Shown: piece after piece, positions 9,304 through 17,677 of the stretch | Position numbering within the stretch: position 1 is the first letter of the stretch | Layout of the letters: each line of letters begins with the position of its first letter | From: Patescibacteria group bacterium | GTDB lineage: Bacteria > Patescibacteriota > WWE3 > UBA101185 > UBA10185 | NCBI GenBank assembly: GCA_016926555.1 | Contig: JAFGOI010000013.1 | Span: 44,802 to 108,801, forward strand | DNA: 64,000 nucleotides | Direction: 5' to 3' | Position numbers and translations under genes: made by a program | Notes under the pieces: model-generated | What the model was told of the DNA's origin: nothing | Seen by the model: the letters and a program-made list of their open reading frames with translations, nothing else | The model's database searches: none

Positions 9304-11112
9304 GTGGCGAAAAAGAAGAAAGGCCACGAGAAGAAGAGCGGAATTTCGATCTGGCAATTCCTCGGAAAAGCCCTATCGATTTTTACCGCTTTCTTCCTGT
9401 GGTTCGCCACAGGATTACCCTTCTCGCTGGTGCCCAAGTGGCAGAAGTGGACAGTGGCAACGGTTGCCGTTGCTGAAGGCGCTGATATTGGCAGGACTGC
9501 AATCTCATGGAACGCTGACCTGCTTCCTGATCTTACCCCAGAACTCATAGCCGTTGGCATTGAGAATGGGGTGCATCCGGATGCTTTGAGTGGGATGGTG
9601 AAAGCCTCTGCGCTCGAACGGAGCATTGCGTCCGGACTTCCAGAAGCCGGTACAGGCCTGAGAGTAGATATGTACACGATAGGCGGTATTGGTGATATCG
9701 AGAGTTCTCTCGATGTGGACTCCGTGAACCCGGAGGAAAAGAACGTTACCGGGGGATGCAACGCGGTGTGGGAGCTAATGCACCACCCGTTGCTGGACGG
9801 AGTTAAGGAGGTAAACGCCCTTCGCCAGATAGCTAAGGCACAGGGCTTAAACCTCTGGAAGATCAAGGGAAGCTGCGGAGCCGGCTGCGTGGGGTGGAAT
9901 CAAAGTCTCCCTACTAACTGGATCCGACTAATGGGACCCGAGTTCGACCCATGGAACCGCGAACACGCGCAAGAGTTCACAGCGCGTTACTTGGTCGCGG
10001 ATGGTGATTACTTCACCATGGGTCGTGAGCACGCAATTAGGGCTTACAACCCTAATGCAAGCGACGCGGAATACTTGCAACCAGTACTCGCAAGAGCAGC
10101 TCAGTTGCAGACGGCTTTTGAGGAAGCAGAGCTAGCTGCCCCGGAAGTTGAGCTCAGAACATCAGAGCTTACACTGGCGGGAGATGAAGAAACAGAAGAA
10201 AACATAGTTGAAGTCGAACTTGAGGAACCGACAACAGAGTCGGTTACTGAACTCGACGGATGGCCCGTTCCCCTAGGTACGGGCAGAACTGGCGTACCTT
10301 TTGGAGCACCGTCTAGTTACCAGCCTCAAGGGCATTCAGGGATCGACCTGGGCGTATCTACAGGCACCCCGATCAAGAGTGTCGGGTCCGGAGTCGTCGT
10401 CTACGTTGGTTGGTTCCCGCAGCAGGCGTTGTGGAAACTGAGAAACATCGGTCACGGTAATACTGTGATCGTGTACCACGGGGTAGCATCGGATGGAGAC
10501 CCTGTGTATTCCTACTACGCACACCTTTCTGAATTCGCTGTTGAAACCGGCGAGTACGTTCAGGAAGGCGATATCGTAGGTTTATCAGGAAACACAGGCG
10601 CATCCAGCGGTCCCCATCTCCATTTCGCCATCCGAAAGGGCGGTGGAATCGAGTATGACGGGGCTGATGCAGACGGCCGTGATTGGTCAGACGGCCAGTG
10701 GGTTGATCCAGATCTCTGGGTCAACAACACCCAAGGAGGTGGTGAATTCGAACTTACAGCAGAGGTCCCAATCAGAGGCAGAATCACCGGAGGTACGTCG
10801 AGAGAGGTGACAGTTATACTCTTGAATACTCCCTCCGTAGAATTTGCAGCTTGGTTGGGAAAGGTTTCGCGAGCGGCAGAACAAGGCGTGGCCATCCTTG
10901 AACGTACTCCTATCCCGGAAGTAGTTCGGGAAACGGAGCGTGTTTCTACTCTGACCGAGCTTCTCGAATCAATCAGCTCGGCAGGAAAAAGGTGGTATGT
11001 GCCAGTTTCTACCCTCGCCATAGCGGGTCAACCTAAAGAGCTAGGGCTCAACCCGCTGGTAGACTGGGCTATCATCAGTATCGGTGAAGAAACTGATAGC
11101 CCTTTTAAATGA
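9304..11112 (+). CDS. membrane-anchored M23 (LytM-type) peptidase with large N-terminal domain of unknown function; first gene of GC-rich island
   Basis: 602-aa ORF starting at GTG, preceded by AAAGGAGGAAGG. It has a Lys-rich N-terminus and one TM helix. The C-terminal domain carries M23 signatures GHSGIDLG (HxxxD) and GPHLHFAI (HxH), plus YYAHLSEF. GC content is far above the flanks. Antisense ORFs in this stretch are GC artefacts. Confidence 0.75.
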   Translation: MAKKKKGHEKKSGISIWQFLGKALSIFTAFFLWFATGLPFSLVPKWQKWTVATVAVAEGADIGRTAISWNADLLPDLTPELIAVGIENGVHPDALSGMVKASALERSIASGLPEAGTGLRVDMYTIGGIGDIESSLDVDSVNPEEKNVTGGCNAVWELMHHPLLDGVKEVNALRQIAKAQGLNLWKIKGSCGAGCVGWNQSLPTNWIRLMGPEFDPWNREHAQEFTARYLVADGDYFTMGREHAIRAYNPNASDAEYLQPVLARAAQLQTAFEEAELAAPEVELRTSELTLAGDEETEENIVEVELEEPTTESVTELDGWPVPLGTGRTGVPFGAPSSYQPQGHSGIDLGVSTGTPIKSVGSGVVVYVGWFPQQALWKLRNIGHGNTVIVYHGVASDGDPVYSYYAHLSEFAVETGEYVQEGDIVGLSGNTGASSGPHLHFAIRKGGGIEYDGADADGRDWSDGQWVDPDLWVNNTQGGGEFELTAEVPIRGRITGGTSREVTVILLNTPSVEFAAWLGKVSRAAEQGVAILERTPIPEVVRETERVSTLTELLESISSAGKRWYVPVSTLAIAGQPKELGLNPLVDWAIISIGEETDSPFK

Positions 11113-11150
11113 TCTAACTTCACACACATCAAATAAGAGGAGTTACAACA

Positions 11151-12089
11151 ATGGAAGCCAAGTTTTGGACGTGGATGAAAGCATTCGTGGTTATCATCCT
11201 GGCCGGAGCACTATCCGGGACGGGATGGTGGGTACTAGTCGGTCGCGGTCTCAAAGGAATCACAACCGCGCCGGGACAGGTGGCACAAGGATATACTGGG
11301 GAAGAGAATCCTTCGATTCAGATACCAGGAGGTCCTCACTGCCTGTTCGGAGGCAAACTGTGCGTCAACATGGGGGGTACCACTTTCTACCTCCCGACTG
11401 GCGAAGAAAGCTGGCTCGACGAAGGCGGCAGTGGAGGCAGTGAAAGCCAAATCGTCACGTTCGAAGTTCCGGAAGAGTCTGAGGACACGACTGGAGCTCA
11501 GACAGCACCGGAGACCAATACGGGTGGCGCAGCTGAGTACATTCGTTCAGGCAAGTGCGCCATGTACGTTGGGTTCCTCAAGGGACTTGGCGACGGCGCA
11601 GACTACACACTCGTAGAGGAACAAGCCAACGAAGTTCTGGCTGAGTGCCCCGGAAACGACGTGGAAGCCATGGAAGTGGCAGCCGCAGCAATGGGGGCGG
11701 TGGGCCTGTACAAGGCGCGACTCCAGGCGGAAGCCGATACAAGACAAATGGCGATCGACTCATGGAACACCGTCGCAATGGCAGCCGAAAGCCTCAGTCC
11801 GACGGACACACGAGGCTTTAAAAGCATCGTCACGGAGCTAGGTGGAACGTTTCACCTGGCCGAGATCGAAGGCTTGTTGCCGAAGATCCTACAGAGGATT
11901 GTTGGAGGCGGTGAGCCTTGCCATGTGTACGTCAACCCACCGACTCTTATGGCAGGCGACGTTAAGGCCGTAGAGATGACGGTTCAACTAGCCGTCCTCT
12001 GGGACCTTGGTATAGGCGCGGAAGGACATGGGCTGACCCTGCCGACAGTTCCCGAGTTCCCAGCGGACTATACACTGACGGAGGAGTGA
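11151..12089 (+). CDS. hypothetical signal-anchored or secreted protein (island gene 2)
   Basis: 312-aa ORF preceded by AAGAGGAG. It has an N-terminal hydrophobic helix (FVVIILAGALSGTGWWVLVG), is GC-rich and has no recognisable domain. It starts 38 nt after the M23 gene stop. Confidence 0.55.
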   Translation: MEAKFWTWMKAFVVIILAGALSGTGWWVLVGRGLKGITTAPGQVAQGYTGEENPSIQIPGGPHCLFGGKLCVNMGGTTFYLPTGEESWLDEGGSGGSESQIVTFEVPEESEDTTGAQTAPETNTGGAAEYIRSGKCAMYVGFLKGLGDGADYTLVEEQANEVLAECPGNDVEAMEVAAAAMGAVGLYKARLQAEADTRQMAIDSWNTVAMAAESLSPTDTRGFKSIVTELGGTFHLAEIEGLLPKILQRIVGGGEPCHVYVNPPTLMAGDVKAVEMTVQLAVLWDLGIGAEGHGLTLPTVPEFPADYTLTEE

Positions 12090-12099
12090 GGAGGCTACT

Positions 12100-12990
12100 A
12101 TGTCCAAGAGATCAAGGCTACTCGAGGAAAAGTACGCCAAAGAAAGGGCGAATCAGGACGCAGATGCCGCAAGAGCAGCCGTAGAGGAGCTGGAAAGTAC
12201 CTGGCAGGCTCGTAAGGGGCTTCTACAGCGACTCTATATCCCTCGGCCCAGCAAGCCGTCATTCCTGGGTTGGGGGTGCCTGTTCGAAATCCTCTACTGG
12301 ACGGCTGTGTTCGTGCTGTGGCTCTACACACCGAGCATTTTGGCACCAGCAGCCGGGATCGGATTGCGACTGTATATGTTGCACAGGTCAGGGAAGCTAC
12401 TGGGGACACTGCCGCAAGATGTACGCGACAAGATCGGCGGTGATGAGGATGAGAATGAGGAATCAGCCGGGAAAGGATCCGGTTTCTTCACCTTCGTGGT
12501 TAAGCTAGGGGTATCCCTGGCTGTCATAATAACCACCGTAGCAATCACCATCAGTGCCCCAGGGTTGGCAGCCCTCTTCGGACTGGTGCTGACGGGTATC
12601 AGCTTCATCTGGCTACGTAAACCAAGCCGACCTTGGCAGGACTCAAAAGGCTTGTGGCATATACACCCCGCCTTCCTGTACTCCCTCCTTACGGGACAGA
12701 TCGGGTACATGTTCCAGAGGTTCTCCTATGGACCGAAAGGAACACGAATTAGCCGCTGGCGGATCTTGAGCTTCGGACGAGGTGAAAGCAATGTGGGAGG
12801 ATCCACAACAGACATCGACGTAGATGTGACTATCCTATCGTGGTTGCTTGGCGCAGCCATTGTTACAATAGGAAGTTCCGGGGGAGATCCCGACGAAGCC
12901 TTCATACCAAGGTGGGCAGACATCGACACCATCCTCAACCACATCATGGAGAACATCAAGGACGAGGGCGATGGGGAGGACGATGAATGA
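12100..12990 (+). CDS. hypothetical polytopic membrane protein (island gene 3)
   Basis: 296-aa ORF preceded by GAGGAGG, starting 10 nt after the stop of gene 2. It has about 4 hydrophobic helices, an acidic loop and an acidic C-terminus, and is GC-rich. Confidence 0.55.
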   Translation: MSKRSRLLEEKYAKERANQDADAARAAVEELESTWQARKGLLQRLYIPRPSKPSFLGWGCLFEILYWTAVFVLWLYTPSILAPAAGIGLRLYMLHRSGKLLGTLPQDVRDKIGGDEDENEESAGKGSGFFTFVVKLGVSLAVIITTVAITISAPGLAALFGLVLTGISFIWLRKPSRPWQDSKGLWHIHPAFLYSLLTGQIGYMFQRFSYGPKGTRISRWRILSFGRGESNVGGSTTDIDVDVTILSWLLGAAIVTIGSSGGDPDEAFIPRWADIDTILNHIMENIKDEGDGEDDE

Positions 12991-13261
12991 AAGCCCAATG
13001 GACGGGGGACCGCCCCATGCAGTTTCGCCAGTTCACATGCGGGAGCAGCAAGAAAGGAGACAAGAAAAGCTAACTGCCCGGAGCCCTCCGCTCTACCTAC
13101 TACACACAATATGTCGTGTGCAGCAAGGGGAACGGGGGGCTTCGTCGTTTTATAGACTTTTTTTGAGTTAGAACCACAACACCTTTACTAACACTTTAGA
13201 TCGCAAAAATATTACTTACTTTCAGAAATGAGAAACCATTCAAAATCTAATAAAATAAATG

Positions 13262-15706
13262 CTAAACTTCAGGCCATTTAGAAACTGCAATAGGATTATC
13301 GTATTTTCTCGGAATATTTTCCCACACAGCCTCAGTCACAAACGGCATAAACGGGTGTAACAACTTCAAACTATTTAAAAACACATGTCTTAACACGCTT
13401 AACCCTATCCTTTTACTCTTTATATCTTCTCTATTCTTAACATCTTCAATATATATATCTGCAATTTCATGCCATAAAAAGTGGTACAGTGCGTCCCCTG
13501 CCTCCATAAATCTGTATTTCTCAAGGTTTTCAGTCACATATGTTACTAAATCTGAATACTTATTTAATATCTCCACATCCACCTCAATGAAATCCTCTGG
13601 ATCTAGCCACGGATTGCAGTCACAAGACTCTGTACAGGTACAATGCTTCAAAAACGGTACATCTTCACCAGTTTCTTCCTTGTATGAATCCGCCATCATA
13701 ATCATAAACCTTCCCATATTCCATATTTTGTTTGCAAAATTCCTGTAACCTCTAACTTTATCGGCGCTAAAAGAAGTAGTTCTAGCTGCTGAATTTCCTC
13801 CAACCAGCATACCCATTCTTAACGCGTCTGCTCCATACTTTTCCACAAATTCCAATGGATCTATAACATTTCCCTTGCTTTTACTCATCTTTTGACCTTT
13901 TTCATCGTCTATTCTTCCGTGAATATATACATTTTCATAAGGAACTTTCGGACCATCTTCATCATCCTTTGTTAAATAGAGCGAAAACATAATCATTCTA
14001 GCTATCCAGAAAAACAGAATGTCCCACATAGAGTCCATAAATTGGGTTGGGAAAAACTCCTTGTAATCGTCACCATCAGGATAACGCAAAGTTGCGAAAG
14101 GCCATTGCCCCGATGAAAACCATGTATCAAATGTGTCTGTTTCAGGTATGAATTCTTCGTTTATCTGATCTTGTCCAGCTTTTTTATCAAGACCCGTATT
14201 GATTCTCTTACCCGGATCTTCAGCGCTTATTTCATATCTTGCATCTTTTGGAACGATTACTTTTTGTAAACCTTCCTTAATTTCATCCAAACTAAAACCT
14301 TCTTCCCTAAGATCGTGCAATAATCCCTCATGACTGTTACCATCTTTGTCAATAAAAACAACAAAGATTCCCCCGTTCTCATTAGATTCAGAATCCTTTA
14401 CGTAATACCAAATAGGAATCCTAATACCAAAAACGGTCTGTCTGCTTATCGGCCAATCATGAATATTTTCAAGCCATTTGAGTGACTCTCTCTTCCACAA
14501 ATTTCTATTGTATTTAACTTTTCCCGTTCTTATTGCCTCTATAGCCATACTTGCCAGATTAATTTTCTTGTCAGTCATTTTTACAAACCAATTTGGCAAA
14601 AGCATAGGCTCAATAGGTTTTTTATCTTTATAATCAACAAGAAGGTTGTGTGTGTACTTCTCGTCTATTTTTTCTAAAGCGCCTTTTTCCTCAAGAATCT
14701 CTACAGTTTTCTTACGAGCTGAATGTACTCTCATTCCGGCTACATCAGAAGCCTCTTTTGTCATTTTCCCTTCCAAATCAACCACGGAAATCATGGGCAA
14801 ATTGTGTTTTTTACCTATTTCATAATCATTAAAATCGTGTCCCGGGGTAATTTTTAACGCACCTGTTCCAAAATCTATATCCACGTACTCATCTTCAATA
14901 ATTTTCATTTCTCTGCTATTTAACGGATTTATAGCTACCTTTCCAACATATTTTTTATACTTTTTATCTTTTGGATTTACCGCAATGGCAACATCGGCAT
15001 ATATTGTTTCTGGGCGCCCGGTCGCCACAGTTACAAATTCATCTGAATCCTTGATTTTGTATTTAACATAGTAAAGCGGAGAAACCTCTTCCACATGTTC
15101 AGTCTCTAAATTGCTAAAAGTGGTCCCATGCGTAGGAGAATAATTCACAAGATAGTCATCCCTGTAAACTAAACCATCTTTGTGCATTTTTTGAAAAGTA
15201 TCGTAGACAGTATCAATTACATGTTGGTCCAACATAAAAGTAGACCGATCCCAATCACAGCTCATGCCCATTTTTTTAAGCTGATCTATTGCCATATCAG
15301 AGTTTTCTAATACAAAATTTAAAATATCGTTGTACAAAGTTTCTCTGTCAAAATCAAATCTGGATTTACCTTCTTTTTTTAGTTTTCGTTCGTATACAAC
15401 TTGAGTTTCAAAACCGGCGTGATCTGTTCCCGGAACATACAAAGTTTTGTATCCTTGCATTCTTTTAAACCTTGTCATTAAATCCTGAATCGCATATGTC
15501 GCGTGCCCACAGTGCAGGGGAGCGTTAGCGTTTGGAGGAGGTATTAAAACAGTGTAAGTTTCATAAGTGCCATCAGCATTTTTCTTTACTTCCAAACCAG
15601 CGTCTTCTCTCATTTTTATACTTTTTTCAGGTGAAAAGACACCAAGTTCTTCCCACTTTTTATATATTTTTTCTTCCCACTCTTTGTGGTCGTATTTTTT
15701 GTCCAT
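13262..15706 (-). CDS. valS: valine--tRNA ligase (ATG at 15706 preferred over the track's GTG start at 15736)
   Basis: HIGH-type motif PLHCGHA and KMSKS are present. The N-terminus MDKKYDHKEWEEKIYKKWEELGVF aligns to the ValRS start. The upstream GTG extension would read through a hairpin and U-tract. Confidence 0.9.
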   Translation of the reverse strand: MDKKYDHKEWEEKIYKKWEELGVFSPEKSIKMREDAGLEVKKNADGTYETYTVLIPPPNANAPLHCGHATYAIQDLMTRFKRMQGYKTLYVPGTDHAGFETQVVYERKLKKEGKSRFDFDRETLYNDILNFVLENSDMAIDQLKKMGMSCDWDRSTFMLDQHVIDTVYDTFQKMHKDGLVYRDDYLVNYSPTHGTTFSNLETEHVEEVSPLYYVKYKIKDSDEFVTVATGRPETIYADVAIAVNPKDKKYKKYVGKVAINPLNSREMKIIEDEYVDIDFGTGALKITPGHDFNDYEIGKKHNLPMISVVDLEGKMTKEASDVAGMRVHSARKKTVEILEEKGALEKIDEKYTHNLLVDYKDKKPIEPMLLPNWFVKMTDKKINLASMAIEAIRTGKVKYNRNLWKRESLKWLENIHDWPISRQTVFGIRIPIWYYVKDSESNENGGIFVVFIDKDGNSHEGLLHDLREEGFSLDEIKEGLQKVIVPKDARYEISAEDPGKRINTGLDKKAGQDQINEEFIPETDTFDTWFSSGQWPFATLRYPDGDDYKEFFPTQFMDSMWDILFFWIARMIMFSLYLTKDDEDGPKVPYENVYIHGRIDDEKGQKMSKSKGNVIDPLEFVEKYGADALRMGMLVGGNSAARTTSFSADKVRGYRNFANKIWNMGRFMIMMADSYKEETGEDVPFLKHCTCTESCDCNPWLDPEDFIEVDVEILNKYSDLVTYVTENLEKYRFMEAGDALYHFLWHEIADIYIEDVKNREDIKSKRIGLSVLRHVFLNSLKLLHPFMPFVTEAVWENIPRKYDNPIAVSKWPEV

Positions 15707-15912
15707 AAAAAACCTCTCATTACTGAGAGGCTCCACAAACTAATTTTAGTGGAAGGTACCAACCTTCTCTATACTTTATTTACAGCTATAACGGGCATTC
15801 CCGTCGGGTTCTAGTTTCCTGCGGAGCGCGTCAAAACAGCGCTACTAGACGCAAAATTTCTTCCCGAAGCATCACCTGGTGACATGATCCAAGCTCAGAC
15901 GCTTTTAGTTTA
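15707..15912 (-). promoter_or_regulatory. candidate T-box-like leader of valS: terminator/SD-sequestrator hairpin plus alternative antiterminator with UGGUACC bulge
   Basis: On the minus strand, CCUCUCA-GUAA-UGAGAGG followed by U6 abuts the ATG, and GAGAGG also serves as the SD. Upstream, GAGAAGG-UUGGUACC-UUCCAC...GUGGAG-CCUCUC can fold as helix A1, a 7-8-nt bulge and helix A2, mimicking the T-box motif AGGGUGGNACCGCG. CCGUUA (F-box-like) lies about 25 nt further 5'. The segment is locally GC-rich (visibly above the surrounding AT-rich DNA). Confidence 0.4.
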
Positions 15913-15920
15913 ATATGAGC

Positions 15921-15948
15921 ATTATAGCAAAAACGTGGAATTTGCCAA
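15921..15948 (-). promoter_or_regulatory. candidate promoter for valS leader (minus strand TTGGCA-N16-TATAAT)
   Basis: Read from the reverse complement. It lies inside the N-terminal extension of the proS ORF as given in the track. Confidence 0.35.
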
Positions 15949-15974
15949 TTAATCTGTTAAAATCGATTGCAGAT

Positions 15975-17669
15975 ATGAGATATTCACATTTATTCGGTAA
16001 AACCGTAAGACAACCTAAAAGAGACATGCAAAATTCCTCACATAAACTTCTTTACCAAGCGGGATTTGTAAGAGAAAGTACCGCAGGAAGATACTACTTC
16101 TTACCTTTAGGTATTCGTGTCAGAAATAAAATCATAAAAGTTATAAGAGAAGAAATGGATGCTACAGGCGCACAGGAAGTTCTCACTCCTGTTATGCATC
16201 CTGTTGAACTGTGGCAGGAAACTAATAGAGATAACGAGGCCGGCTTTGAATTAACAAAAGTAGTTGACAGAAGGGGTGCGGAATTCGCTCTTGGCGGGAC
16301 AGCTGAAGAAATGATGGTAGAGTTATGCAGAAAGTTTGAGCTTTCATATAAAGATTTACCCTTTAATATCTACCAATTTTCACAAAAATTCAGGGACGAA
16401 TTAAGAGCAAGAGGGGGTTTATTAAGAGTAAGAGAATTCACGATGAAAGACGCTTACTCATTTCACACTAATGAGAAAGACTTTGAAAAAGAATACGAAA
16501 AAATGGCTGAAACTTACAAAAGAATTTTTGATCGATTGGGACTAAAAACAGAAAAAGTACTGGCAGACAATGGATATATAGGAGGAGATTACTGCCATGA
16601 GTTCGTCGTCGAATCAGATATTGGAGAAAGCAAGTATTTAGTGAGTGAAGACGGCACATATATCGCTCACGAAGAAGTAGCTAAATTTAAAAGAGAAGAG
16701 GTTAATACAGATGAAGAAGAACAGCCTTTTGAAATAATCCAGCAGCCTGAATGGGTCACCACAATGGAAGACAACTTTAAACACTATAAACTTCCCGCGC
16801 AACGATTTCTAAAAAATGTAGTATACAAAAACCGCGTTTCACAAGAAATAGTAATTGCTGTTATAAGAGGAGACCTTGAAGTAAACAAAACAAAACTTGA
16901 ACACGTCTTAAATGCTGTAGGACAATTAGAAGAAGCTTCAGAAAAAGATCTGGAAAAAATCGGAACTAAACCGGGATATGTTCATTCCTGGGGTCATGAG
17001 AGCGTAACCTACGTAGGAGATATATCTCTTACTACCGTCAAAAACTTTATAGGCGGACAAAAAGAAAAAACTACAGATTCAAAAAATGTAAATTATGGCC
17101 GGGATTTTGAATGTGAAATATTAGCTGATATAGCTTTAGCAAAAGAAGGCTACCTTACGGAAAACGGACAAAAACTTACAGAGAAAAAAGGCATTGAAGT
17201 AGGAAACATTTTCCAACTGGGACTGCATTACTCATCAAAAATGGCAAACGCCGTATTTACTGACACCAATGGTGAAAAAAAACCTTACTATATGGGATGT
17301 TATGGGATCGGAATTGGGCGAACTCTTGCCACTATAGTTGAGGTATATCACGATAATAAAGGTATTATATGGCCGGAAATCGTAGCGCCTTACAAAGTTC
17401 ACTTAATTTCTCTTAACACAGAAAATGATGAAGTCAGACTACGCGCTGAAAAGATATATAAACAGTTCCTAGAGGCAAACATAGAAGTTTTATACGATGA
17501 TCGGGATCAAGTAAGCGCGGGAGAAAAGTTTAGTGATGCTGATTTAATAGGCTGCCCCTACAGAGTAGTCGTTTCGGAAAAAACAGGAGACCAAGTTGAA
17601 ATAAAAATACGGAACGGAGAAAACGCAGAGCTGATTAATACTGATATTTTAATAGAACGTCTGAGATAA
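15975..17669 (+). CDS. proS: proline--tRNA ligase (start at MRYSHLF preferred over 15915)
   Basis: The N-terminus MRYSHLFGKTVRQPKRDMQNSSHKLLYQAGFVRESTAGRYYFLPLG aligns with the bacterial ProRS start. Class II motifs FRDE...RGGLLRVREFTMKDAYSFH are present. Confidence 0.9.
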   Translation: MRYSHLFGKTVRQPKRDMQNSSHKLLYQAGFVRESTAGRYYFLPLGIRVRNKIIKVIREEMDATGAQEVLTPVMHPVELWQETNRDNEAGFELTKVVDRRGAEFALGGTAEEMMVELCRKFELSYKDLPFNIYQFSQKFRDELRARGGLLRVREFTMKDAYSFHTNEKDFEKEYEKMAETYKRIFDRLGLKTEKVLADNGYIGGDYCHEFVVESDIGESKYLVSEDGTYIAHEEVAKFKREEVNTDEEEQPFEIIQQPEWVTTMEDNFKHYKLPAQRFLKNVVYKNRVSQEIVIAVIRGDLEVNKTKLEHVLNAVGQLEEASEKDLEKIGTKPGYVHSWGHESVTYVGDISLTTVKNFIGGQKEKTTDSKNVNYGRDFECEILADIALAKEGYLTENGQKLTEKKGIEVGNIFQLGLHYSSKMANAVFTDTNGEKKPYYMGCYGIGIGRTLATIVEVYHDNKGIIWPEIVAPYKVHLISLNTENDEVRLRAEKIYKQFLEANIEVLYDDRDQVSAGEKFSDADLIGCPYRVVVSEKTGDQVEIKIRNGENAELINTDILIERLR

Positions 17670-17677
17670 CAAAATAG

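Noticed and set aside
9213-11021. Long minus-strand ORFs inside the GC-rich island (9213..9866, 10336..10524, 10373..10603, 10560..11021, 10687..10884) and plus-strand overlapping ORF 9287..9550
   Set aside because: They lie antisense to or overlap the 602-aa M23 peptidase gene, which has a strong SD and clear catalytic motifs. Stop-codon-poor antisense frames are expected in DNA with visibly high GC. Their products are Arg/Pro/Ser-rich low-complexity sequences.
9081-13162. Possible direct repeats flanking the GC island (TTTTATAGT at ~9083 and TTTTATAGA at ~13152)
   Set aside because: Only 8-9 nt match and the sequence is AT-rich, which is expected by chance in a low-GC background. No integrase or tRNA is nearby, so they are not claimed as att sites.
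11084-13171. Other overlapping ORFs in the island (11084..11443, 11235..11450, 11431..11616, 11547..11833, 12098..12409, 12324..12710, 12726..13109, 12971..13171)
   Set aside because: These have the same GC artefact pattern. None has an SD, and all overlap the two SD-coupled plus-strand genes.
15790-15870. GC-rich patch between valS and proS examined as a possible tRNA gene
   Set aside because: No 7-bp acceptor stem, no GTTCRANYC T-loop and no D-arm consensus could be assembled on either strand. The patch is better explained as part of the structured valS leader.
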